This document shows, piece after piece, positions 49,854-62,775 of a stretch of DNA of 64,000 bases (positions within the stretch are counted from its first letter, which is position 1; every line of letters begins with the position of its first letter). Made by a program: the position numbers and the translations under genes. The notes below the pieces were generated by a model. It made no database searches, had not been told where the DNA came from, and saw only the letters and a list, made by a program, of their open reading frames with translations. The stretch is from Azolla caroliniana (taxonomy: Eukaryota > Plantae > Polypodiophyta): contig JBHGNT010000013.1 of NCBI GenBank assembly GCA_043228905.1, positions 6,572,001 through 6,636,000 on the forward strand, written 5' to 3'.

Positions 49854-52800
49854 AGAATGTGCTTCACGATATAAAAATGAGCTTAAATGTTGTATTTAAT
49901 AATATTTGAGAGACTCGAACCCACATCCTTAATACGATGTACAATGTACATACCACTAGGCTAGGCTATTTATTTGTAAAAGTGTGTAATAAATGTGCTT
50001 CATGATATAAGAATGAAGCTATATATTGTATTAAGTAAAATTGAGGGACTTGAACCCTCAACCTTGTATACCAAGCACCAAGCATACACCACTAAGCTAG
50101 GTTAGTTATTTTAGAATGCATTTTCATCATTATAATTATCTCATATCTATTTTCATACATAGCCATCATTCATCACATGCAATGCATGTGCGCCAAATGG
50201 CGATCATGCATTACATGTAACTCATGCATTGCATGCATGCCATGCTCCCATACATTACCATATGCATGGCAACACTTATATAAAGAGGGGAAAGGGAAAA
50301 CAAGGAGGGGAATCAAGAGAAAGTTAGAGAAATAAGATAATTAAAAAAACAAACAAGTTAGCTTGTTGGTGAAGAGGCTCGTGTTTCCAAGTTGGAGTCA
50401 AGAGTTCGAATCAAGGGTCGGTAGAGAAAGGGTTCATCTTGCTACCAAACATTGTAAAGTTGGTAAAATCTTGTGTTCGTAATACACATCATGTTCATAT
50501 CATATACTTTTTTGTCTTAAATCATACTTTGTCTCTATCTTGCGTTTTGAATCATACATTGCCTCTATCTTTTATCTATACTAGTCTCTCTCTCACACAT
50601 ATTACTTTAAACTATTATTCTTCATATCCTTGATCTTCCTAACATTTGAGCGCAAGCCTTATAAAAGTTCCTTCAACTCCCCTTAACCTTAGTCCCTGCG
50701 ACTTCGCCGCACGAACCACAACTACCCCGACACCGTGGACGTGGAGGACGAGGCGAGTCGGCGCGCAATGGAGGCGACCGACGAGATCAAGAAAGAAGGC
50801 ACTGAAGTGATGTGGACAGCAACTCCGGACCCTCCGGAAACAGGGGGAGTCGAAGCAATGAGAACCGGCAAGGGAAGGCCATCGTGGAGTGCTGGTACTG
50901 TGGCAAGAAAGGACATAGGGAAAGTGAGTGCTGGAAGAAGCGCGCCAATTCGGAGAGAACCGGCTTCGGAAATGGCTCCGGACATACCGACAAGGGAAAT
51001 CGGCAGCGATCGCACTACGCCGAAGACTCCGGGAGAGCCGGAGAAGGGTTATCTACAACAAATGGGAATTCGGTGCGAATTCAGTTGTAGATACACGCCG
51101 GAGCAGAACGGCGTGGCCGAGAGGAAGAATCGGTCAGTTGTGGAAGCGGCACGGGCAATGCTGGAGGAGAAGAGCTTGCCCAAGTTCTACTGGGCCGAGG
51201 CGGTAAGGACCGCGGTATACATCCAGAACCAGATCGGAGACAAAGTGTCGGCGCATGAGCTATATTTCGGAACGAAGCCAAACTTGCGACACTTGAGGGT
51301 GTTCGGTAGCATTGCGTATGTGCATGTACCGAAGGAGAAAAGGAGGAAGCTGGACGCAAAGGCCGAGAAATGCATCGTGGTCGGTTACTCGGACGAGCAG
51401 AAGGGTATAATTGCTATAACCCTCGCACCAAACAAGCGCGTGTTAGCCGCGACGTTGTGTTTGACGAGTCCGCGTCCTGGTACCAGCCCCCGATTCCGAA
51501 CCCCGACTCCAATCCGAGCTCTGACGATGAGGTCAGCGAGGCCGAGATGCCTCCGGATGAGCCCGAAATCGAGACCTGCGAAGAGAGTCCGATTTCACTC
51601 TGTTTAAGTGGACCGATTGGACGACTGAGTCGGTACGACCAGTCCGATGAAGAGCCGGCGAGTAGTGGAGACTCGGCCGTGCATTCCCCGCGCAGGAAGC
51701 CGAGGGGACGGCTTACGTGCAAAGAGAAAGGGAAGAAGAAGGTGTCAGATTTCGGCACGGATAGGAACGAGTCAGACCGACGTGAATCCGACTCCGAGGG
51801 AACCAGTGACGGGCCTTTAAAGGTGAAGTTCGCGTTGACCGAGAAGGCCTTGACATCGGCTAATGTGAGATTACGTTGATCTACGCAGATGCGACTAAAG
51901 ACGCGAATTGGCGTGCCGCGATTGAGGAAGAGATGCACGCATTGGCGAAGAACGAGACCTGGGACTTGGTTGACGCACCAAGAGGAGTTAAACCAATCGG
52001 GTGTAGGTGGGTGTACAAGGTCAAGTACAACACTGATGGCCCGATCAACCGGTACAAGGCTCGGCTAGTGGCAAAGGGCTACGTGTAGAAACACGGCATC
52101 GACTACGATGAGACGTTTGCGTTGGTCGCGAAAATGACGACCGTCCATGTTTTGCTCGCAGTAGCTACGGTGAAGGGGTGGCACTTACATCAGATGGATG
52201 TAAAGCATGCGTTCCTGCAAGGTGACCTTGAGGAAAAGGTGTACATGGTACAACCCCCCAGTTTTCACTCTGGAACGAACTCCTCGGCAGTATGCCGACT
52301 GAAGAAGTCCCTTTACGGACTGAAACAAGCCCCGCGTGCCTGGAACGCGAAGATCACGCAACAACTGCGTCGGATGGGCTTCGTCACGTCAAAATCAAAC
52401 TCTTCCCTGTTCATCCGGAAAGGTCGACTCGGACCGGTTAGTATTTTACTATATGTTGATGACTTGGTCATCACCGGCGCCGACCTAGGTGAAATCGACC
52501 GCGTGAAGCTCCAGCTTGCGGCATCGTTCGACATGAAGGATCTGGGGGACCTTCATTACTTCCTCAGGATCGAAGTGATCCGTACCCCGAAGGCATATTG
52601 ATCAGCCAACGTCATTACGTGCTGAGTATGCTCTTCAAATTCGGGATGGCCGACTGTAAGTCCGTCTCGACTCCTCTGGACAGAACCGTCAAGCTTCATC
52701 CCGATACGGGAAAGGTATGTGACCCGACGAGGTTCCGACAAATTGTCAGAAGCCTCATATACTTGACCATCACCCGACCCGACATCAGTTATCCGGTCGG

Positions 52801-53899
52801 AGTGATCAGTCAGTTCATGGCGCGACCTACGGAGGAGCACCTTCAGTGTGCGCAACGCATACTTCGGTATGTCAACGGCACTAAGGATCGGGGACTGCTA
52901 TATTGGACCGGTGCAGCCGTGCAGTTAGTTGGCTACACCGATGTTGATTGGGCTGGCAACGCCGCCGATCGCCAATCCACGTCCGGATACGCGTTCTCCC
53001 TCGGGAGTGCCGCGATCATGTGGAGCAGTAAGAAGCAGCCGACAGTTGCACTGTCGAGCATCGAAGCTGAGTACCGAGGAGCGGCTGTCACGACATGCGA
53101 AGCCATATGGTTGAAGCGGCTACTTAAGGACCTGCAAGAGGAGGTGTCAGATCCGACGACGATCTACTGCGACAACCTTAGCAGCATCCAGCTCGCGAAA
53201 AACTCCGTTTTCCACGCACAGACTAAGCACATTGAGGTGCACTACCATTTCGTCCGTGAGCGTGTCCTTTCCGGTGAAGTCGAACTTCAGTACGTTCCGA
53301 CGGATCGGCAGACTGCCGACATCTTCACCAAGCCTCTTGGTCTGGACAAGTTGCGGCAATTCTCCGGTGCGCTCGGATTGCGTCACCTCGACGTGCCAAA
53401 CTTGAGGGGGAGAACAGTCCCGAACGACCAAGCAAGGCAGTAGGAAAGGAGCGGAGACCGCGACACCGAGTCGGTTGACTCGGTTGTCGAGTTCGACTTT
53501 GGATCGGCTGAAGAAGCCGAGGGCGGACTCACGGAAAAGTCCGGAAGCGGACAGAAGGGGAGTAGCCGAAGGAGAGAGCCGAAGCCAACCACGCATGGGG
53601 AAGATGACGTCATCGAGGGCGAGAAGACCGAAGACAAGTTAGAGACAGCCAACTCGGATGAGAGCGAAAACCGATCGGAGGTAGCCGAGTTGGTTCGGAT
53701 GTTTGATTCAGATACGCTGAATCAACCGAGGCCCAAGCGGAAGAAAAGGCAGTAGGAGAAGCATCAACACCGCAACAACAGAAGAGCTGATAAGGGCCAC
53801 ATGAGCAAACAAGCCAACCGGAAGGGTCGAAGCACGCGTAGTCGAACAGGTCGAGGAGCGCGTGCGAGGCGTGAAGCCAGGAGGAACCGGAGCTGTGAG

Positions 53900-53960
53900 C
53901 CCGAAGATCCCGAAGATCCCGAAGATCCCGAAGATCCCGAAGATCCCGAAGATCCCGAAG
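53900..53960. repeat. 9-bp tandem repeat (CCCGAAGAT) x6-7 in the copia 3' UTR
   Basis: Direct repeats just upstream of the PPT. Confidence 0.9.
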
Positions 53961-55713
53961 AGCCTCAAGTTGAGCTTGAGGGGGAGTGTTGAGAGACAAG
54001 CTCAACATCGGCCCGATCGGCTGAAGAAGCCGAGGACCGGATGGGTTAGGCCGAATGCGTAAACTGGTACGCAGTCCGATGCGTAGGTAGGGCCGGATCG
54101 GTGCGTAAACCGGGAGGCCGTTAGGAAAGATATTCCGTGAGGAATATATTTGGGAGTTAGTGTAGGAGCTCTCAATGAGCATTGAAGTACTGTCAGTCCT
54201 TCTAGGACTTGTATAAAAGTGTTCATTGAACACACATATGTATAGAGTGATGAATAGAGATTGAGTATTGGTTGTTGAATATAGTTCTTGTGCTTTCTCT
54301 CTCACTCTCTCTGTCTCTCCCGCGTATATTGTGTAAGCTCAAGCTCTCCATTAAACTTGAGCGTTCTTCCTTCTGTTCGGTCTTCATACTTGCTTCCGCA
54401 CGCTACTTTTTACACTTAAGAAGTTGCTTTATGGCTTTAAGCAAGCCCCCCGAGATTGGAATTCGAAGATCATGCATCGGTTGCATAAGATGGGGTTTGC
54501 TACCTCGAAGTCGGGCTCTTTGTTGTTCATCCGGAAAGGTCTAGAAGGTTCGGTATCTATCTTGTTATACATGGATAATGTAGTGATCACCGGACCTAGC
54601 CTCATTGAAATCGGCCGAGTGAAGTTCCAGTTGTTGGATGCATTCGAAATGAAGGCCCTCGGGGACCTTCATTACTTCCTTAAGATCGAAGCGGTCCACA
54701 CCCTCGACAACATATTGCTCTCACAACTACACTATGTGTTGCATATGTTGTAGAAGTTCAACATGATGGATTGTCAACTAGTATCCACACCCCTGGATCG
54801 GAGCCTCAAGATTCGTCCTAGAGTCGGACCGACTTGCAACGAGAGACGGTTCCAACAGATTGTCGGAAGCCTTATATATTTAATAATTATCCGACCCGAC
54901 ATCAGTTATCTAGTCAGGATGATAAGTCAATTCATGCAGAAGCTAATCGTGGAGCATCTTCAGTGCGTGCACCGAATACTGAGGTATGTTAGCGGCACTA
55001 AGGACTGGGGATTGTTGTATCGACATGGTATAACCGACAAGCTAGTCGGATATATAGATGCCAACTAGGTTAATGATGCGTCAGATCGTCGGTCCACTTC
55101 CGATTACATCTTCTCTCTAGGTAGCGTGACTTTTGTGTGGAGAAGCAAAAAGCAGCTGACTATGGCTCTATCGAGCACGGAGGCTGAGTATCTAGGTGCT
55201 ATTGCTCCACCTGTAAAGCCATATGACTTCAGCGGCGGCTGCCAGACCTTCGGATAAAATTCCTCACTCCGATCCTGATGTACTACGACAACATGAGTAG
55301 TATGCACCTGACCAAGAATCTCGTGTTCCATGCTCGAACGAAGCACATCGAAGTGCATTACCACTTTGTGCGTGAGCGAGTCCTGACAGGTGAAGTCGGC
55401 ACCAAGGCACTCCGCACCAACAAGTTGCAACATATTTTTGGAGATGCTTGGTCTAGCATCTAAACATGTCGCACTTGAGGGGGAGAAAGGAGGAAACCGG
55501 AACGAAAATTGGGAAAATAGGCAAAGGCACCGAACAAGTAGCTAGAGAGAAGGAAACAACTAAAGCAAGGGGAGGCAAGAGGAAAAAGGGAGTCGAGTTG
55601 ACCGAAGAAGTCGGCCCATTCGAACAAGTCGAAACAAGCGATGACGACGACATAGTCAAGAAGGGCAGAGCCGACCGGAACGAGAAGGTGAAGACTTGGA
55701 CGTGCTTCGACGT

Positions 55714-58700
55714 TGTCATGTGGTTCTTTACACACGATATGAAAAATAGTGAAATAATTATTTTAGATTAGATTAATGGCTTAGTATAAAAAGATGCACA
55801 TCTTCAAGAGCTTCAAAATGCATTTTACTACATATAAAATGGACAACTATATATCAAGTTATGTTAATATGAAGTTTGAGAAGATAAGGACAACAAAATT
55901 ATGAAATATGCCACATAGATAGGAAACTTTTGGATCGAGCACTATATAAGTAGATCGAGAACCATAGATTTATATCTATGTGTTAAGAGCGCAAAAGGAA
56001 TGGCTGGACTTGGGCTATAGTATTCGGATGGATTGATGTGTCTTAACTACAATAATGGTTTTGGAACCGTAGCAGACGGATTGCGCCGGATGTAACAAGA
56101 CGAACTGGATGGGTGACGGTCGAGATAGACGTATCATGCACGGGCCGAACTTTACTGATGATAAGATCATGCGGCCGAACTAAAGTAGAAGTAAAGTAAA
56201 CTGAAGTAAAGGTTATGTGCACGCATGCAACTAAAGTCAAACTTTATGTAAAGGTCATGTGGATGCATGCAATTGAACTCAAGATGGAAACTAGAGTTCC
56301 TTCATAAAAGTATGAGAAGGGAGGAGAAAAGCTATCTCTCGATAATTCATAGATCCTTATGGTCCTTAGGGGATCGAAGCCATCTTTTGGGGAGTTAAAA
56401 AAAAACCGTAAATTTCTGATCGAAGGTGTAAACCCTAATTTTCCTTACGAAAGCTATCTCTCACATAAACCCTAATTTTCCTTACGGAAGTTATCTCTGA
56501 AAAACCCGAATTTTCTTTACAAAAGCCATATCTCTCGAATAGTCCTAATTTTTTTCTTATGAAAGCCATATCTCATAAATTTGAAACCTAATTGTTTCTT
56601 ATGGAAGCCATATCTTAGAAACCCTAAACTTCTATAATCCCAATCTTGGGATTGATTGTAATTTTTCTTTTCTTTTGGTAATGAAAAGTATTCAATTTTT
56701 TGATTTTCGTTAATTCTTAATACATAACGCACGAATCTTATATCCTGTGGTCGGAGGCACCGGGGTCCTACCTCAACTTCACGTGTCCTTGTCGTATTTT
56801 CGCGACAGCTTTGGTGAACCCGATGTGAAAGGAGGCGGAAGGAGGATATCTCATGGAGACATATAGATACAAAGAGCCGAAGAGATGCAATCTATACGAG
56901 TTCGACCAATGGGTATCATCATTAAAGACCCACCAAAGTTCCATCCATGCTTTTGTTGAGTTCGATTGTCGCTTTGCACAACTCTTGGAGCGGGATCAAA
57001 GATTGGTGGGGGTGGATAAAGTCCTAATGTTCGTGAAATCAATAGATCTGAAGGAAAGGAAGGCCATTGGAATCCGACTTGAGGATGACGACGGTGTAAA
57101 TGGCCTCACTGAGGATTGGATGAAAGTGGAAAGAGAATGTCGACTACACGATAAGAGGAAGACAAGATTCTCATCGACAACAACACAACCCACGATGGAT
57201 GGTGAAAGGAGAACAGGAAACAACTACAAACTACCACCTAAAGAAGAGAACTTGAAGTGGGAAGGTTCGCTGGTACTGGACATAGAGGCCTTCATAAACG
57301 AGGCATATGAGAATTTAAAGGTGCAAGTCGAGGCCAAAGAGAATCTTATAATGGAACCAAAACAAATTAAAATGGTTATCAAGGAAGAAGAGACCTCCCA
57401 ACAAAGGTGGAGTAATGATACGGCTAATACGAAGGCCCAAGTTCAGTACGACATCACCACGGGAGAAGGTGTGGAACAAGACACATTCTCGTCTTGCAAA
57501 GAAACAATGATGAAGAATGAAACCAATGAATCAAGGGTGGCGAATGCCACTTCAAGCGAGGACAAATGTTTCGGAACACACATCGTGTCTGAAACATCAA
57601 GTGTTGAAGGTGCAAGCATGGGCAAGGCTTGCATGATCAAGGGAGATAAAAAGTGTGAGGCCGACATGATTGAGGAGATAGCCATGAAAAATGACATCGA
57701 GTCAGAGGTGGCTATGGATGAGTCAATGGCGGATGACCGTATCGAGACTTCTCCACACTTGTTCCAAAGACTTGGGCAGATGTGTCAGAAAGCAAACGTG
57801 AGATCCAAGAGATGGAAGGTGGCGGCGAGGAAGTGAAGGCCGAAGCTAACACATGCGAAGAAGAGGGAGACGTCAAGACAAAGAGGGTAGACGACAATCA
57901 TGAACAGACTTTCCCCGCAAAAGGTCTTGAGACTTGGGCATTAACGGATGTAAGACCCAAGAGATTGAAGGTGGCGGTGAGGAAGCAAAGATCAAAGCCA
58001 ATGCGAACAACCATATGGTGGAAGTTGCCAAGGGTAGCACGACAAAGGCAATGGCAAACTACAAAATCGTATAAATCCCTCCACACTTGTTTGAGAGACT
58101 TGGGCATTAACCGACGTAAGACCCAAAAGAAGGACGGTGGCGGTGAGGAAGCAAGGGTTGAAGCTAGTGTGTGCAACAAGGAAGTAAAGCAAAGCAGAAT
58201 GACGAAAGCTTATGTGAGCGACAAAGAGATAACGAAGGAGATGGCTATGGACAACATGACAAAGGCCAGGAAGAGAAGGACCAAGACAATACAAACAATG
58301 ACATTGGCCGAAGGAAGGTAAGAGTGAGCAATGACCATGGAGAGGATTCCTCTACACTTGTTCTACAGACTTCGGTTGTTGCATCCGAGAGCCAACGTGA
58401 GATCAAAGAGACGGAAGATAGCTACGAGGAAGCAAAGGATGAAGTCGGTGTGTACGATGAAGAGGTCAAGCAAAGCACAATAGTGCACGACAAGGGCCAA
58501 GCAAGCCAAGTGAATTCGAAGGGTGTTTTGTGAGATATGATCCCATCTTCCAACTCAAAAGGGGATACTAGTGTGAAGATCAAACAAATGATGGTCAACT
58601 TTCACACGAGAGCATACCATGAAAAAGGTGGATATGGGAAACATGAAATGTGGTCATCCCAGATTTTGAATGTGAGCATGGACTTGAAGCATGGGCTACA

Positions 58701-59228
58701 CAGAGTAGCCAAAGTCAAAGTTTGGATGAATCCTAACAAAGACAAGCTTGCATTGATGGAAGAAAGAAGATTGAAGTTCCTTGACCATGAAGATGATCGA
58801 AAAAAAGGCAACACATGCATGGTGCATGAATTGTTATGCTTGAGAAAAGTGAAAGAGGACACGACAATCGGTTGTGGTGGTGCAAACCTCGGACGAACGA
58901 TATGGTGGTTTGGATGGTCTCCATGGCTATGGTGGAAGAATGGTCGTGGTGACATTGGAAGAACAGATATAAGGAGCCAATGAGTTGTTTCAAACTCAAT
59001 CTCCACCATAGATAGTTAGGATAGGAACAAAGGAAAAGATTTAGACAGGGATTAAACGATTTTAACTAGAAGGATGTAGCCTCACCACAATTGGCACATA
59101 TCGGTGGATGTGCAGGTTTGGTGGGGGTGAATGTCGTGTGGTTCTTCACACACGATATGAAAAATAGTGAAATAATTATTTTAAATTAGATTAATGGCTT
59201 AGTATAAAAAGATGAACATCTTCAAGAC
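55714..59228 (+). mobile_element. Non-autonomous Ty3 derivative (TGTCGTG family) with gag-like ORF; 3' LTR truncated
   Basis: 5' LTR 55714-56807; same tRNA-Trp PBS at 56812-56828; ORF 56853 shares DKVL.F....D.K.RK..G..LED....GLTEDW with gag 44285; G-rich PPT then 3' LTR from 59132. Confidence 0.85.
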
Positions 59229-59235
59229 CTTCACT

Positions 59236-60479
59236 GGTCTGAAAGGTTCGATATCTATCTTGTTATACGTGGATGATGTAGTGATCACCAAACCCAACCT
59301 CGCTGAAATCAGCCGAGTGAAGTCCCAGTTGTCAGATGCATTCGAAATAAAGGACCTAGGGGACCTTCATTACTTCCTCAGGATCGAAGCGGTTCACACC
59401 CCCGACAATATATTGCTCTCACAATGACACTATGTGTTGCATATGTTCTACTAGTTCGATATGATGGATTTCCAACTAGTATCCACACCCCTGGATCGAA
59501 GCCTCAAGCTTCGTCCTATGGTCGGACCAACCTGCAACAAGAGACGGTTTCGACAGATTGTCGGAAGCCTTATATATTTAACAATCATCTGACCCGACAT
59601 AAGTTATCTAGTCAAGATGATAAGTCAATTCATGTAGAAGCCAATCGTGGAGCATCTTCAGTGCATGTATTGAATCCTGAGTTATGTTAGCTGCACTACG
59701 ACTGGGGATTGTTGTACTGACACGGTGTCGTGAAGATTTTCGGCAATGATGTGAAAATCACATAAAACGTACAAAATCGAGTATGAATCACATAAAACAA
59801 TAATAATGAAGATAACATTTTAAATCAGTTTAATATCTAAGTACAAAATGATGGAGGCCTTCAAGAGCTTTCGAATGCACTTTATTATACGAGAAACGGA
59901 CAACTAGATGTCAAGATATGAGGGTATGAAGTTTGTGAAAGGAAAAGAGAAAACTGTGAGATATTCCACATACACACAACAAATACGGCTCTCATCATAT
60001 ATAAGGTAGAGCAAAAGCTATTATCTTTGTGTCTATGTGTGGAGCATAGAGAGTTCAAGGTAACTTGAACTAAGAATGGAGGTGGCCTAACACTCGTAAA
60101 GGTTTTGGCCAACCAAAACTGGTCCGGCGATGGAGCCGGTGCTCCGGCGGCAGGTGGCCTAACACTCGTAAAGGTTTTGGCCAACCAAAACTGGTCCGGC
60201 GATGGAGCCGGTGCTCCGGCGGCAGCCGGCAAAGCGACGGTGGCACACCAGCAACCGGTGATCCGACGGAGCTGACGAGCCACTGGAACCGACATCCGGT
60301 GGTGCACCGGCGAGGCAACGGCCACCGGTAACTAGGGGCATCCGGTGGCGCATCGACATCCGGCATCGGCGAGGCGATGACATCCGGCGGTAGGCACCGG
60401 TAACCAACAACATCCGGTGCCGGCGAGGCGGTAGGCACCGGTAACCGGCGAACCGGTGTCTGACGACTTGATAAATAAA

Positions 60480-60514
<35 letters not shown>

Positions 60515-62482
60515 CAATGAGGGCATGTAAGGATTCGAACCTTGCACCTCAAAGTTAGGAGTCAATTGGCTTACCACTAAGCCAAGATATTTAGTTGAAA
60601 TTATATTTCTATCATTTTACTTTTACATATAAATTCTCATACATGAGAGCTAAAATGAGTGACATGGTTATCATGCACCACATGTAATACATGAGCGCCA
60701 AATGGCAAACATGCATTTTATGCATGTCTTGAACCCCAAATGCATGAAGGCATCTATAAAAGAGGGAATGAAAAAGATTAATGGGGGGATTTTTCTTGGA
60801 TAAAAGAAAGCTATGTACTTTAAAATCAAAATTAATATTAAGAAGAAAATTTGTTATCCTTTTGATGATATACCTTGTTCTTGAAATCTAAAGTCAAGAG
60901 TTCTTAATCTCTCTCTCAATCTAAAATCAAGCGTTCTATCTTTTCTCAATATCTCTCTCTTTCAATCTATCTTAATTCCTTTCTCGCTAAAGTTAGTGCC
61001 AATGTCAAATCCTTCCGGTCCAGAACCCCGTCGGTTCCGCCTCACGATCCACACCTAGTGACGGATCTTCACGACAACAATATAACCGATAAGCTAGGTT
61101 AGTGATGCGTCAGATCGTCGGTCCACTTCTGGTTACATGTTCTCTCTAGGTAGCGCGACTTTTGTGTGGAGAAGCAAAAAGCAGCCGACTATGGCTCTAT
61201 CGAGCACGGAGGCTGAGTATCTAGGCGCTATTGCTCCACCTGTAAAGCCATATGGCTTCAGCAACGGCTACCAGACCTCCGGATAAAATTGCTCAGTCCG
61301 ATCCTGATCTACTACGACAACATGAGTAGTATGCACCTAACCAAGAATCCCGTGTTCCATGCTCGAACGAAGCACATCGAAGTGCATTACCACTTTGTGC
61401 GTGAGCGAGTCCTGACAGGTGAAGTCGGCACCAAGGCACTCCGCACCAACAAGTTGCAACATATTTTTGGAGATGCTTGGTCTAGCATCTAAACATGTCG
61501 CACTTGAGGGGGAGAAAGGAGGAAACCGGAACGAAAATTGGGAAAATAGGCAAAGGCACCGAACAAGTAGCTAGAGAGAAGGAAAAAACTAAAGCAGGGG
61601 GAGGCAAGAGGAAAAAGGGAGTCGAGTCGACCAAAGAAGTCGGCCCATTCGAACAAGTCGAAACAAGCGATGACGACGACATAGTCAAGAAGGGCAGAGC
61701 CGACCAGAATGAGAAGGCGAAGACTCAGACGTGCTTCGATGTTGTCGTGTGGTCCTTCACACATGATATGACAGAAAGTGAAATAATTATTTTAGATTAG
61801 ATTAATGGCTTAGTATAAAAAGATGGACATCTTTAAGAGCTTCAAAACGCATTTTACTACATACAAAATGGACAACTATATATCAAGTTATGTTAATATG
61901 AAGTTTGAGAAGATAAGGACAACAGAATTGTGAAATATCCCACATAGATAGAAAACTTTTGGATAGAGCACTATATAAGTAGATCGAGAACCATAGGCTT
62001 ATATCTATGTCCTAAGAGCACAAAAGGAATTGTTGAACTTGGGCTACAGTATTTGGATGGAATTATGTGGCTTAACTACATGTGATGGTTTTGGAACCGG
62101 GAGCGGATGACAACGGAATCAGGCCGGACGGACGAATGGTGATTGAACCGGAACCGAAACCGGACGGTGACAGAACCGGACCGAACAAATCGGGCTGGAT
62201 GCAACTAGACGAACCGGATGGGTGACGGTCGAGACAGACGGATCATGCACGGGCCAAAGTTTACAGATGATAAGATCATGCGGCCAAACTAAAGTAGAGT
62301 GAAGTAAAGCGAAGGTTATGTGGACACATATGTTAATAGCACCAAAAGAATGGTTGAACTTGGGCTACAATATCCGGATGGTCTGATGTGGCTTAACTAC
62401 ATGTAATGGTTTTGGAACCGGAACCGGACGGAACCAGACGACGACGGGACCGGACTGACGGAACCGTGACCGGAGAGCAACG
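59236..62482 (+). repeat. Second copy of copia RT/RH/3' UTR plus LTR start (duplicate of ~54536-56230)
   Basis: Collinear with 54536-56230 (ORFs 55466 and 61495 are near-identical); same LTR junction at 61743. Confidence 0.85.
59726..61076 (+). mobile_element. Solo LTR, same family as 6323-7491
   Basis: TGTCGTGAAGAT..ATCTTCACGACA; flanks ACGG/ACAA (decayed 4-bp TSD, compare the uninterrupted copy at 55021); internal ~72-bp tandem duplication at ~60082-60223. Confidence 0.9.
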
Positions 62483-62744
62483 TGTTGAAAACAGTGCTCG
62501 GCCACAACCGATAAATAGGATTAACTCACAGAAAACAGGAAATACAAATGCACGAAGATAATGGAGAGAAGATTACACAGGATGTTTTACGTGGAAAACC
62601 CTAAATGGGAAAAACCACGGGAGTCCTCAAACTCCAACTATCACTATGAACAGAGATGTACAATGGTGAAGCTTCAAGGCAACAACCTTGAGCTCACTGT
62701 CTTCGCCACAGGCGGCGGTAATACACAGAGGCAACGACCTCTTC

Positions 62745-62775
<31 letters not shown>

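Larger units (their letters stand above)
43359..50732 (+). mobile_element. Full-length, recent Ty3/gypsy with 887-bp LTRs, tRNA-Trp PBS and 4-bp TSD CCGT
   Basis: LTRs 43359-44245 and 49846-50732 (about 5 substitutions by eye); PBS TGGTGAACCCGATGTGA at 44250-44266; PPT AGAGGGGGTGGG at 49834-49845; CCGT at 43355-43358 and 50733-50736. Confidence 0.97.
42214..54414 (+). mobile_element. Ty1/copia with both LTRs, internal deletions, TSD CTTAA
   Basis: LTRs 42214-42655 and 53987-54414; PBS TGGTATCAGAG at 42656; PPT 53978-53986; gag jumps to mid-integrase at ~51048 (protease lost); RT/RH 51880-53443. Confidence 0.95.
29870..55713 (+). mobile_element. Degraded Ty1/copia acting as the nesting host
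   Basis: gag 29870-30680; protease WYVDSGASNHITS; integrase split at 31310/39884; RT 41400-42213 resuming at 54420; RH to ~55480. The pieces rejoin across each TSD. Confidence 0.85.
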
